64,000 nucleotides of DNA from Octopus vulgaris. Taxonomy: Eukaryota. Positions within the stretch are counted from its first letter, which is position 1; the number at the start of each line of letters is the position of its first letter. Under the pieces are notes generated by a model. It did no database searches, was not told where the DNA came from, and was given only the letters and a program-made list of their open reading frames with translations. The position numbers and the translations under genes were made by a program. Below, in pieces: positions 11,328-24,830 of the stretch. The DNA is taken from contig OX597815.1 of NCBI GenBank assembly GCA_951406725.2, positions 188,108,001 to 188,172,000 on the forward strand, in the 5' to 3' direction.

Positions 11328-11841
11328 TATATATATATATGATGGGCTTCTTTGCCAAAGCAGTTCTTAGGAGAGAGAATTCTGTAAAATTGTGCACAGT
11401 TTATAAAGTGTGAGAAGTAATGAGTGGTAGCAAGACATGAGACTATTGAATTTGGGCATCAGAAAAAAAGCATTAAATGCTAAGTTCAGTGAGGTCAGAT
11501 CTCACTTTGCTGGGCTTTAGAAATGAAGTAATATACCAGTGTAGCCCATTGCAATGTTGCTGCTGCTGTTACTGATGATGATGATGATGATAAATGTATA
11601 TCTTTTGTGTAAACTTATAGTTCATTTTTTTTTTAACTACTCAACTTGAAGCTATTTTTTTTTTACAACAAAATTTCATTTGTGCAACAAATTACTGTAT
11701 TAAATTTTACTAACCTGGAATCTAAATATTGTGCAAATAGGTTGAAGCAATAGAGATTTTTTTGAATTTCCATAGAATATATATATATGTATGTATATGA
11801 AAGTAATATATATATATATATATATATAAAATTCTTACACA

Positions 11842-11884
<43 letters not shown>

Positions 11885-13002
11885 TTGTATACTTACATAA
11901 ATACATAGATGTATGTATGTAGTGAGATTAATTTTTTCATAATTTGGAAGATGGTTAAGTTTAAATGCTTCCTTGTCATAACAACAAATAAATATCTGAA
12001 TAAAAGATGGGAAAAAGAGCTTTAGATTCATTTTATTTCTTTGAGTAATGTCAGACTTAAAAAAGCATAAATCTCTTAGAACAATATGGAGCAACTTTAT
12101 GACAATGTGGAAGTTATTGATTGAGTTTTATTATTTTTTTTTTATATTTAAAGATGATTTTATTATTTTTATCCTTCATAAAATATTATACAAGCTATTG
12201 TTAAAAACATTTGTGCAAAATTTTAATAAAATTTGATTAAATAAGTGAAGAATTGAAATTTAGTTAGGTACTGGAGGTGGGGAAAGTAATTTTATATGCT
12301 AACCAAGAGTATTTTCTGAAATATTTTATGAAATTCTATTGACTGGAGGAAAAAATAGAGTAAAGAAGCAAAAAAATAAAACAGAAGGAAGAATAAAATA
12401 TAATTTCAAACATACTTTACTGAAATAGAAACATTCATTATTTTCTAAATTATTTATGGTGAATGCTTGCAAATAAGTAATTCTAAGATATTAAATGTAG
12501 GGATCTCACACACCCAAAATTTTGGACTCTTTTTGTCTGTTTTTCCCTTGGCTTTTTCTGTCTGTCTTTCTTGCTGTTTCAGCCAGGCTGTCTGTCTGTC
12601 TGTCTGTCTCTTTCCTCATTCATACACTTATACTCTGTTCTTTCTGATATTCTGAACAGCTTGTAGTTATTTTTTATTTTTTTTTTTTTTTTTACAACTA
12701 TCAGTGTACGAAATAAATAGACATAAAGTACTCTAAACATCTGTAAAAAATAAATGGAGCAAGATAATAAAAGTTAACTTGTGTTACATAAAAAAAATGA
12801 TATGTCTTAGAATGCCTCCATGAACATGTAAATAATATTTAGTTTCCTCAACTGTGTTTCTTTTTTTTTTCTTTCCCTTCTTCTCTAATTTGATTGTCTT
12901 CATATGATGTCAGTATGATTTTGTGCTGCAAATTTGGCATTTTTAAATGCCAGAAAAAAAATTAATGAAAACTAGAAAATATATATTGATAATCATGTAT
13001 AA

Positions 13003-13222
13003 ATATTCTTTTCTACTCTAGGCACAAGGCCTGGAATTTGTGGGGAGGGGGCCTATTCGATAAGGTCGACTCCAGTATGCAACTGGTACTTGATTTATTG
13101 ACCCTGAAAGGATGATAGGCAAAGTTGACCTCGGTGGAATTTGAACTTAGAATGTAAAGACAGACGAAATACCACTAAGCATTTCGTCCGGCGTACTAAC
13201 GTTTCTACCAGCTTGCCGCCTT
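13003..13222 (-). mobile_element. S2 SINE (tail B)
   Basis: Family match. Confidence 0.85.
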
Positions 13223-13932
13223 TAACCATGTATAAATAAAGAAATGAATGGTCACAAAATAGGGCTTCATTAGGACTACGTTGCTTTGGATTTGTAAAGT
13301 CATTGGTTTTCATTTTAGTACCAGCAATATACTGGAGACAGGTATGTATATAAAAGATACCTCTGGTTAGTATTGATACTGAAGAAGAATAAGCATCTAC
13401 GTGGAATAGTTTATCTATGAATATGATATTATTTTCTATTAATGAAAGGGAAAAAGCCATCAATCAATAATGGATGTGTTCATTTGCATAATTTGTATTT
13501 TTTGATGGCAGCAGAGGGAAATATAAAAGCTTTATTAGAATATAGCATTGCATTTCCAACTCATGAATCATATAGTCTGCCTTTCGCATAAGAAGATAAT
13601 CTGATTGCTGCCAACAGAGAAAGCATTTACTGGACTTCTTCCAGCCACTTCAAATCTTTGTCACCTTGTTTATCGCTACTTGCTTGACTCCCCGTATAAC
13701 TATTTATGTCTCTCTGGTGATGGTTCTTATCTGACATCCCAAAAGTACTCTGTCTTCAATCATTCGTTGCTATGGAGTTTGTTAAATGAAAATATCTAAC
13801 AAATAGAATATCTTGATTACCTAAGTCTCCTTGTTGGGATCTCAACATGATTGCTTATATGCTTATTGTTTCCATTAACTAAATAATATTGACTTTCCAT
13901 TATACACTCTCTGTATTCAATATTCAGTATCC

Positions 13933-14286
13933 ATATTATGTATTGCTCTATAGCATCACCCATCTTAAATCTACATCATCTAATCTGACTATATAATCCT
14001 TTTTCCTATCAATATTACACGTCTTGACAGTATCACACATCTTAGACATACATCAAAATGCACCCCCACCTCCCATGCCAATATTATACTGCTCTACAAT
14101 ATGATATTTCATACACCTCATAAAATCTAACTATATAATATCAACTTCACACATTGTTTTTATTTCCTGCCTATATTTCATAGCTCTACAACATCACAAC
14201 TCACAAACACATATTACATATATATTAAATTCACACCATGCACCATCTTTATTTTCGCCTTATATTTCACTGATCTACTGTATCAC
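13933..14286. repeat. degenerate 70-90 bp minisatellite with a conserved core of about 25 nt
   Basis: ATATT(A/T)CA..GCTCTACA..ATCAC-like core at 13933, 14012, 14081, 14173 and 14262. Confidence 0.55.
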
Positions 14287-14721
14287 ATTTTAAAAATAGA
14301 CATGAAACAGAGAAACAAAATCGTTTTATTTTTGCAAGTAAATAAAACCATTGATCTGAACATATTTCTCTGTCATTGAAGCCTGTATATTAAGGCTGAC
14401 ATTAGCTTCTTTCTAAGCACTAATTATAATTATCCTCTAAAATGAACCAACGGGGAGCCCCGTTGTAGTTGCCCAGTATAACCGACTACTTAAATTATAA
14501 ACCAAATCTCATTGAAATCACATCAAAGAAGGAAGGACACATCAAATAATGCAGTTCTATTCATACTCCAAGAGATACATTGTGTTCATGGTTGGATTAT
14601 ATTTGATCATGGGTCTGCTCCATTTGGGTAGGCCTTGGGTTTAAAACAAACAGGAACAACAACTATAACACTGATACTTTCCAACACACACACACACACA
14701 CACGTGTATACAGACACTCAC

Positions 14722-14752
<31 letters not shown>

Positions 14753-14753
<1 letters not shown>

Positions 14754-15152
14754 GCACAAGAGTGGCTGTGTCGTAAGTAGCTTGCTTACCAACCACATGG
14801 TTCCAGGTTCAGTCCCACTGTGTGGCACCTTGGGCAAGTGTCTTCTACTGTAGCCTCGGGCCGATCAATGCCTTGTGAGTGGATTTGGTAGACGGAAACT
14901 GAAAGAAGCCCGTCGTATATATGTATATATGTATGCGTGTATGTTTGTGTGTCTGTGTTTGTCCCCCTAGCATTGCTTGACAACCGATGCTGGTGTGTTT
15001 ATGTTCCCGTCACTTAGCGGTTCGGCAAAAGAGACCGATAGAATAAGTACTGGGCTTACAAAGAATAAGTCACGGGGTCGAGTTGCCCGACTAAAGGCGG
15101 TGCTCCTGCATGGCCGCAGTCAACTGACTGAAACAAGTAAAAGAGTAAAAGA
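14753..15152 (+). mobile_element. S1 SINE, full length
   Basis: Head to (AAAGAGT)n tail. Confidence 0.9.
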
Positions 15153-15769
15153 GTATATGTACACACACACACAAATCTTTTTACATGTGCATGTATATTA
15201 TATACATGAGTAGGATGGGTGACAAGAACCGGCCAGGTGGTAGAAAACTACCCTAGGCTACTGTGCCTGTTTTGGCAGGCTTTTTACAGCCGGATACCCT
15301 TCCAAACGCCAACAACTTTACAGTGTGGATTGGATGCTTTTTAGATGGCACCAGCATTGACACACACACACACATATATATATATGTATGTAATGTATAT
15401 ACATATATTTGTATGATTTTGTGTGTGTGTGTTTAATATATTTGTTTTTCAGTTGTAGGGTATATTTAGAAAATATGTTACATGAAACACTATGTATTAA
15501 GCTTTTCATAAGATTTATTACAATTAATAAATTTAAAAAATTACTTCTCAGATATTCCTATTTCTTATCAGATATCAAATAAAATATATCATAAGATCTT
15601 CTCCCAAACTTGTATTATATGTTTCCTGCACAATCTATCTATTCATTATATATATGTGTATCTCCTTCTCCAATGGGTGTAGTTATTACAAGGGAGATAA
15701 TCATTTCATTGTAACATTTGGTGGGATTTGGAATCAGAATTTGAAATTAAGAATATATATTTATGTTAG

Positions 15770-16302
15770 GGCCTCACAGAGGAAATGATGAAGACTGAGA
15801 CCTCTGAGATATGCCGTGACTGAAGACCCGACAGATGAAGTGAGTTCATGGCTCGCAGAATGGCCTGCTGTGCTAACCTTGGATTGTAGAGTGACCCGTT
15901 GTTCTTGTGATGACCTATTGAGTCAAGTATGTTAACACCAACATCAAAATGAAAAACAAATGGAAATTGTAGTTAAGATACTCGTGCCAGTGACACGTTA
16001 AAAGCACCATCCAAATGTGACAGATGCCAGTGCCAACTGACTGGCGTCCGTGTCAGTGGCACGTAAAAGCACCGACCGATTGTGGCCATTTGCCAGACTC
16101 CTCTGGCTCCTGTGTCGGTGGCATGTAAAAAGCACCCACTACACTCATGGAGTGATTGGCATTAGGAAGGGCATCCAGCTGTAGAAACACCGCCAGATCA
16201 GACTGGAGCCTGGTGCAGCCTCCTGGCTTCCCAGTCTCCGGTCGAACCGTCCAACCCATGCTAGAATGGAAAATGGACGTTAAACAATGATAATGATGAT
16301 GA
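15770..16302 (+). mobile_element. RTE LINE 3' end
   Basis: Colinear with 5580-6150. Confidence 0.85.
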
Positions 16303-16781
16303 TTAGGTTGAGGAAAAAGTTTGTGCACAATGTTAAAATAATGCTTATTTATATATTTTTGTGGTGTGTGTGTGTGTTCATTCAGTTCATTATTTTAACA
16401 TAGCACACAAACTTTTTCCTCAGCCTAGTATCTACATATACAATTGTAGCTATGTACTTTGTTATTTGATTATGGTGGTGGATGTGGGAATTAAGAATAA
16501 AGAAATGAAAAGAAATGTATTGAGTCTTTTGTGAAATCTCACAAAATAAATGACAACTATAGAGACAAGCCAATGAGAGAACCTCTCTGTACTCATTTGA
16601 CTTGTATGAGACAGTAGCCAAATAACCCTCTGATAACAACCTACTAAAAAGAGGACACAATCTAGCACTGGAGGCATTATGGGTGAAATACTTTCATCGT
16701 AGATTTGCTGTGAGATAGTTGACCTTGTATGTATGTATACATATGTATAGTTATATGCATGTAAAAATGTGTGCATGTATG

Positions 16782-16951
16782 CGCAGGAGTGGCTGTGTGG
16801 TAAGTAGCTTGCTTACCAATCACATGGTTCTGGGTTCAGTCCCACTGTGTGGCACCTTAGGCAAGTGTCTTCTACTATAGCCTCGGGCCGACCAAAGCCT
16901 TGTGAGTGGATTTGGTAGACGGAAACAGAAAGAAACCCGTTGTATACATAC

Positions 16952-16983
<32 letters not shown>

Positions 16984-17200
16984 GTGTACATATGTTTGTG
17001 TGTCTGTGTTTGTCCCCCTCAACATCGCTTAACAACCGATGGTGGTGTGTTTACCTCACCGTAACTTAGTGGTTCGGCAAAAGAGACTGATAAAATAAGT
17101 ACTAGGCTTACAAAGAATAAGTCTTGGGGTTGATTTGCTCGACTAAAAGGTAGTGCTCCAGCATGGCTGCAGTCAAATGACTGAAACAAGTAGAAGAGAG
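16782..17200 (+). mobile_element. S1 SINE, full length
   Basis: Family match. Confidence 0.9.
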
Positions 17201-17464
17201 AAAAGAGAAAAATGTACGTGTACACACACACAAACGTTTATATGTTGAATTGATGTAGACTAGAAATAAGCAATTGGAAAGGATGCAGGAAAGAGATGGA
17301 TAAAGCAGAGGTAAAGAATGTGAAAAGAGTGAGTTCTGAGTATTTGATTGAGTCAGATATTTTTAGTTGCACTTGATATGCTTATACATGCAAATGTATT
17401 CATAAACTCCTCAGAACATCAGGAAAAGCTCTGCTTCAACAACACATGAGTGTATACAAAAAGA

Positions 17465-17836
17465 TATAAAAGATATGTGTGTGTGTATATATATATACAT
17501 ATATATATATATACACACACACATATATATATACACACACATATATATACACATATATATACACATATATATATATATACACACACACATATATATATAC
17601 ACACACATATATATACACACATATATATATACACACACACATATATATATATACACACATATATATATATACACACATATATATACACACATATATATAC
17701 ACACATATATATATATACACACATATATATATATACACACATATATATACACACATATATATATATACACACATATATACACACACACATATATACACAC
17801 ACATATATACACACACACACATATACACACACATAT

Positions 17837-17915
<79 letters not shown>
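17465..17915. repeat. compound (AT)n/(AC)n microsatellite, about 450 bp
   Basis: Read directly; source of the 17.4-18.0 kb ORF calls. Confidence 0.95.
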
Positions 17916-19927
17916 CTTATTCTTTCATAGAAATATTTTTATGGAATGAAAGCGAGAGAGAGAGAGAGAGGAAAAGAGAGAAATCTGTTTGCATAATGCA
18001 TTCATCTATGTTATTAAAAGTCAACTTTATATTGGAAATGAAAGATAATGGTTTTAAATAGCTGAAATAGCATTGATATCTGATGAGATATTTTACACAC
18101 GGAAATTAGTTATCAGTGGCAAATATAACCCGGTAAGCAATACAGGCTTTGTCTTTGTGCTTATTTATTTATTTATTTATTTATTTAAATATATGCTTTT
18201 AGTTGAGACATTTATTGTAGATATTTAGCATGTGTTTTGTATAAGTGAAATTCTAATATTTAAACATTATGATGATGATGATGATGATGATGATGATTAT
18301 TGGTTGATCAAGTTTATGTATAGACTACAACAGAGGAAGACTCGTGGTAGACATTTTTCTCTTTCTAAATTGGCATTAGAAATTTTTTTTAGGGTCAAAT
18401 TCACCTATTATCTTTCTTTTTCATGTTAGTTTAAGTACTATTTATATATCAAAAGCTGAGTGTCAGTCGATTGTACTCCAGTCTTTACTGGTGTCTTGTG
18501 AAGAAAAAAAACCAGTATTAAAGGAAAAAAAAAAACAAACCAATATTGAAGTTTGTTAACAAACTAAAAGAACAACAAAGTCAAAACAATTCTGCAATAA
18601 AAAAAATAGCCAATGTTAGTACAGGAGAGGAAGAGAGGTGGGGGCAGAAGGCGGGAGAGAGAGGTGGAGACAGAGAGAGAGGGGGAGACAGAGAGAGAGA
18701 TTATTGTTTCCATTATTATCTTCTCCTATTCTAAACAAGTTATTTTTAATTCACCCTCTTTGTACTTTCACCAGTCTTCAAATATTGTAGCATCTATGAG
18801 TTAAATGAGTGAAGAGTTAGAACAACTTGTACATATTTTAGCATTATTTCCCCCCCACTCTCGTTGTATCATGCATGTCATAATTGTATTACATTTACAG
18901 CAGATAACAGTGAAACATTAGACTTTCAAAAATCTGATGCTTATTTGAATGATAGCAACATTTATATTACTCAGAATCCATCTAGTTAAAACGCAACATT
19001 TTATTATATGCTATAAAAGCAAATGTATTCACCAGTTAATAGTAATTCTGTTCCACAATATGGTTCTAATTTCTTTAACCTGTTAGTGTAAATTAAGAAA
19101 ACATCAATAGACTACTCTGGTTTAAATATGTAATCTTTATAGTAAAACTGTGAAATTGCTATATCCATGAAGCTAATAAAATAAATTAATGGAAAATATA
19201 AGCATCTGGGAACAATCATTTATTTTATTTAACATTCTTCATTCTGAATTGATTTAACAATATTTGGTCGTAATTGTTGCATGTTTAAAGCCTAGCATTT
19301 ATAATCAAATTTTCAATCCATTTTCACAGTCTCTTGTTAAAAAAAAATTTTTTTCGTTTCAAGATTAAATTCAATTTTTTTTCTTATCAGATAACTGTAT
19401 TGCTTGGCCTCGTGAAAGTATCTGCTCTTGTCGCCCATGTTATTTATGGCAGTTGCCTTGGTCACTGATGCTGTCAATATATTTACTTTTTTTTCTTCTT
19501 TTTTTTTTTTTTTTTTTTCCATTGAAGTCATTCTACTTGTCTTAATTACAATCAGTACGATCAGCATCACAACTGCTCTCATCTCATTCTTTCTGAATCA
19601 GTAAGTGCCATACTAATAGTTTCACATAACTTGCAATATTCCAATGCAAACTGGAGACTGAAAACTGACAACCAATGTGAAGCAGAAAATAACACTGCCA
19701 TAAATATAGCACATCACATGTATATATGTACTAGTGGCAGTAGTAATAGTAGGTGGTGGTGGTAGTAGTGATTCTGTAGGGGTGATGTAGGTGTTAAGGG
19801 TAGAAATAACAGGTTCTGCATTCTTAATAGCATACATAGGAAAGAATATCTAGCACAATGTAAAAAATCATATGCACACATGTTTGGTAACTAGGGCTTT
19901 AACAGCACATATGCACACACACATCTA

Positions 19928-20254
19928 TCTTTTACTTGTTTCAGTCATTAGACTGTGGCCATGCTGGGGCACCATCATGAAGAATTTTTAGTCAAATGAA
20001 TTGACTCCAGTATGTTTTCTTCTTTTTTATTTTTATAACTTGGTACTTATTTTATTTGTCTCTTCTGTCAAACCATTTAGTCACAGGGATGTAAACACAC
20101 CAACACTGGTTGTCAGGCAGTTGTGGTGGTGGTGGTGGGGACAAATACAGATACAAACACACACGTGTGTGTACATACATATATATATATAAATATATGG
20201 GGAAAATTCACAAAAAAAACAAAAGACAAAGACAGGTGGTGTAGATAACAAACA

Positions 20255-20312
<58 letters not shown>

Positions 20313-20398
20313 CATCTGTTATATATATATATGAGATGGGCTTCTTTTAGTTTTCATCAACCACATCCACTCATAAAGCTTTGGTTAGGCCTGAGGCA
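19928..20398 (-). mobile_element. diverged S1 SINE with a PLE-terminus fragment (about 20195-20255) in its microsatellite
   Basis: AAAGACAAAGACAGGTGGTGTAGATAACAAACAGATGTA matches 36370-36410. Confidence 0.7.
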
Positions 20399-20529
20399 AT
20401 ATCTTAATACATAAAGGAAAAATCCAAGGATCCAGATCTAGGAAGTTACCAAGCTTTGAGCAGTCCACAAAAGTTATTAGAAACAACTTTCAGGAACAAT
20501 AGTGATTTATTGGCATAGAAGGGTCTTTT

Positions 20530-20739
20530 CTTTTAATTTGTTTCAGTCATTTGATTGCAGCCATGCTGGAGCACTGCCTTTAGTCGAGCAAATCGACCCC
20601 CAAGACTTATTCTTTGTAAGCCTAGTACTTATTCGATTGGTCTCTCTTGCCGAACCGCTAAGTGACAGAAATGTAAACACACCAGCATCGGTTGTCAAGC
20701 GATGTTGGGGGTGGGGGGACAAACAGAGAAACATAAACA

Positions 20740-20787
<48 letters not shown>

Positions 20788-20950
20788 TGACAGGCCTGTT
20801 TAAGTTTCCGTCTACCAAATGCACTCACAAGACTTTGGTCGGCCCGAGGTTATAGTAGAAGTCACTTGCCCATTGTGCCACGCAGTGGGACTGAACCCAG
20901 AACCATGTGGTTGGTAAGCAAGCTACTTACCACAAAGCCACTCCTGTACC
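20530..20950 (-). mobile_element. S1 SINE
   Basis: Family match. Confidence 0.85.
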
Positions 20951-21854
20951 TATGTTGTAATTTTTTCCCATATATATACATATGTATGCACATATACATT
21001 CTCCTCATGCACTCATATATTTTTGTATGTATATATACAAATGTATACCTATATGAATATGTATGTGTGTACACCTATGTGTATGTATTAATATATGTAT
21101 ACACACAATCAAATAAAGAGACAGAAGTGACAAAAACTTGATGGTCTGCTGTGGAGATTTGTTACAGACTGATATTAAGAGAAATATCTACTAGGTCAAA
21201 GTACTGTATATTGTATGAAATAATTATATAGGCAAATATATAACCTGTCTCTCAATAATGAAAAATTTGTTTAAACATTTTATGATAATAGTGAAAGACA
21301 GTTCTTTTTCATTCATTCTAATCTTCAGAAACAGCCATTTATCATTTTGACCTTTCTTAGAATGATTAATTTGAAAAATATATCTCTTAGATTACGATAT
21401 TTCAACAATCTGTCTTATTAACTTTGTATCTACAAAACTCTCAGCATTCAGTAAAAAAATCACAAAAAAACAAAAATAAAACAAACACTATTTTGGTGTA
21501 TGAATGTATGTGTGTGTGTGTGTCTCATTGAATTTTATTTAGCTTCAATTTATTACTCCTTGTAAGGCTGAATGCTCTTAACAAAGTTTTGAGTGGTAAA
21601 GTAGGATAATTTAACAGTACACTTATTAAATATTTTATTGTACTTATGGTAAGTTGGGAAGTTAGGTATAAGTAGAGAGAAGAATATTTTAGATATTGAA
21701 GTTTTTACCTAGAGATTGTGGGGAGGATTATACCTTATGTACGAGACTTAAGGTACTGAATTAAATCTACCTAACATAACCACTGAAATTAGGTCAACCT
21801 ACACAAATAGGGAAAATAGAAACAAAAAAGTAATGTCTTATAATCCTCCATACA

Positions 21855-22246
21855 ATCTCTATATATATAAAGCTGAAGTTGTCTGTGTGTGGCAGGTTTG
21901 GTAGCCTTCAACTAACACTATCTTCTCCGAGACCCTGCGGCATAAGTTGACCAAAATTGAGAGTATGATAGAAGAAAGCTTGCTCTTCATTCCATAGAAG
22001 AAATAATTCAAATCGGACCATGTTAACACCAAAAATTATTTACATCAAAAAGGTGTTTTTTTTTCTATGAAAACCCTATTTTTTTACGAATTTTTGACTG
22101 CTGCGTTGCTATTTTTTGGTGTATTTCAACCAGAAAAATGTTCACTTAAAGAGAATAACAAGCTACATAATGCAAAATTTTTACTTTTCAAAAATTCCAA
22201 TTCTAAAGGGTCAAAACAAATCCGAGCAATGCCGGGTGATACTAGT
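21855..22246 (-). mobile_element. Helentron/DINE-1-type non-autonomous element
   Basis: On the minus strand it starts ACTAGTATCACCCGGCATTGCTCGGAT and ends TTTATATATATAGAGAT; same termini as the copy at 32652. Confidence 0.7.
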
Positions 22247-22479
22247 CTTTTAGTAAGACCTGAGAATCTAAAATATTCTTCATCTCTACTTAACAACTAT
22301 TTCCCACATAATAAATACCATCAAATATTTAATTAGTATACTGTTAAGCTATAATACACAACTACACCAAAATTTGCTGACAGTATTGCACAGACTAATA
22401 AATTTAAGCTAAGTAAAATGAAACCATCTAAAGACCTAGGTCATCTAGTAACTTGTGACCAGTCATGAATTATTATCAG

Positions 22480-22565
22480 CATTATAAACAGTCATGAATT
22501 ATCACCAGTGTTATAAACAGTCATGAATTATTATCACCAGTGTTATCACCTGTGTTATAAACAGA
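22480..22565. repeat. short tandem repeat of about 29 bp (CAGTCATGAATTA...TTATAAA), about 3 copies
   Basis: Read directly. Confidence 0.75.
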
Positions 22566-23089
22566 GGCAAAGTTAATTTCTTCCACAAGTCATTTATAAT
22601 GTAAATTTCTTAATTATGTATTATGTATGTAAATATTCTTACAGTCCTGTTACATAATCGTTTGTCTCCTGTTTTCTTTTAAAAAATCACTTTAGAAATC
22701 ATTTCCAAAATGAACAGCTGCAGTGGCAGCAGCCGCATGAACAGAACAACAGCTGCAGCACGAATTGATCTATGATTAGTCTTTTCTTTTAATTTTTGTT
22801 CATTCCTTGTTACTTTTCAATATTTTCCTGACTGTTTTTACTCTTTTTTATTTCGTTACTCCTACCCCAGTCATTAAAATTAATGTTTATTCCTTCGGCA
22901 CTTTGATCCGCCGACAGGCTAAACATGATCGAAGCGGAAGGGGAGACAACTGCTGTTTAAACTCATTAGTGTCCAGCAGTGAGCGTGTCTGCAGGGTTAA
23001 ATTGATTCAATCACCCTACATTTATGGACAGATTGTACAGAATAAATTAATAGTGTTACAACTTCTCAAACACTACTACACCTATAGTA

Positions 23090-23194
23090 ACAGGAAATAT
23101 ATATACATATACATGTATATATACACATATATATATACACATATATACACACATATATATATATACACAAACACATATATATATATACACAAAC

Positions 23195-23229
<35 letters not shown>

Positions 23230-23290
23230 CATATATATACACACACAGACACACACATATATATACATACACACACATATATATATATTC
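23090..23290. repeat. (AT)/(AC) compound microsatellite
   Basis: Read directly. Confidence 0.9.
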
Positions 23291-23980
23291 TGAATAAATA
23301 ATCAATTAAGCTGATTTTAATGTTGATTTCTCACGAAGTGCATCAATGTTTCTAATATCTTTTTAACATTAGAAGTCCCGTCTTTGATCTTTAAATGTCT
23401 TTGAATGGTAATCGATCTGTAAGAGAATGTTTATCGCCTGTTTTGAATATCAATTGCTGTTCAGAAGAATGCTTATTAAAAATTTACAACAGTAATCCTA
23501 ATGTTGATCCTATTTTTTTTTTTTTCCCCTTTACATCTCTTTTGATGTAAATAATTCTGTGTAACAGAGTGCAAATGTATGTATGTGTGTGTGGGTATAT
23601 GTATATGTGTGTCTGTGTGTGTGTATTTGACTATGTGCCTGTGGAGACTAACTTTAGAAGAGAAATGAGATGTGTCGATTTTTTTTTTTTTTTTTTAGTG
23701 CAAACAATATGCTTAGAAACATAAAGGCAACAATGTTTGTTAGTTAATCCTAAATATTGAAGTACTATACACAATCGATTAAAAGATATTGATGTTTCTG
23801 CATTCATGATCATGAGGAGAAAGTCGATCGCCTCTTTCACTATATTTTCACTTCATTGCAAATGTGTTCTGAATAAAATATATTACCTAAATAAATTTCT
23901 AAAATGAATTATAATTTCAACAGAGTTGAAATTGTATTTTATATAATTAATTGTGCATGTGCTAGTAGGGTGCTAATTCG

Positions 23981-24515
23981 AGCGTGATCGTTGCCAGAGC
24001 AGCCAACTGGCTTCCGTACCCCACCATCCGAGCGTGATCATTGCCAGAGCAGCCAACTGGCTTCCGTATCCCACCATCCAAGTGTGATCGTTGCCAGAGC
24101 AGCCAACTGGCTTCCGTATCCCACCATCCGAGCGTGATCATTGCCAGAGCAGCCAACTGGCTTCCGTATCCCACCATCCAAGTGTGATCGTTGCCAGAGC
24201 AGCCAACTGGCTTCCGTATCCCACCATCCAAGTGTGATCGTTGCCAGAGCAGCCAACTGGCTTCCGTACCCCACCATCCGAGCGTGATCATTGCCAGAGC
24301 AGCCAACTGGCTTCCGTATCCCACCATCCAAGTGTGATCGTTGCCAGAGCAGCCAACTGGCTTCCGTATCCCACCATCCAAGTGTGATCATTGCCAGAGC
24401 AGCCAACTGGCTTCCGTATCCCACCATCCAAGTGTGATCGTTGCCAGAGCAGCCAACTGGCTTCCGTATCCCACCATCCAAGTGTGATCGTTGCCAGAGC
24501 AGCCAACTGACTTCT
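23981..24515 (+). repeat. 50-bp tandem array (10 full units and one partial) inside an RTE-type UTR
   Basis: Unit AG(T/C)GTGATC(G/A)TTGCCAGAGCAGCCAACTGGCTTCCGTA(T/C)CCCACCATCC(A/G). Confidence 0.95.
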
Positions 24516-24830
24516 GTACTCGTGGCACATAAAAGAGCACCATTTGAGCGTGATCATTACCAACGTCGCTACACCGGCACCTGTGCCGGTGGCACGTGTA
24601 AAAACGATTCGAGTGAGGTCGTTGCCAGTACCGCCTGTGCTGGTGGCCCGTAAAAAGCACCCACTACACTCTCAGAGTCGTTGGCATTAGGAAGGGCATC
24701 CAGCTGTAGAAACTCTGCCAGACCAAGATTGGAGCCTGGTGCAGCCATCTGGTTCGCCAGCCCTCAGTCAAAATCGTCCAACCCATGCTAGCATGGAAAG
24801 CGGACGTTAAACAATGATGATGATGATGAA
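24516..24830 (+). mobile_element. RTE-family 3' UTR with (GAT)n tail
   Basis: AGGAAGGGCATCCAGCTGTAGAAAC...CGGACGTTAAACAATGATGATG. Confidence 0.85.

Noticed and set aside
13590-13725. Minus-strand short ORF MSDKNHHQRDINSYTGSQASSDKQGDKDLKWLEEVQ
   Set aside because: It is 36 aa with no homology recognised and no splice support; expected by chance.
13933-14286. CRISPR-like repeat-spacer appearance
   Set aside because: The context is eukaryotic, the repeats are highly degenerate, the spacers are related to each other, and there are no cas genes.
17411-18061. Long ORFs of 144-203 aa (YI/HT/CV-rich), likewise at 23056-23305, 59167-61323 and 9717-10163
   Set aside because: They are translations of stop-free dinucleotide microsatellites in several frames.
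18081-18110. CTGATGA hits at about 18081, 40501, 44443 and 62252 as hammerheads
   Set aside because: No properly placed GAAAC or no stems I/II on the same strand.
23962-24660. Repetitive Trp/Gly-rich ORFs on the minus strand
   Set aside because: They arise from a 50-bp repeat whose period is not a multiple of 3, and the frames are open in parallel.
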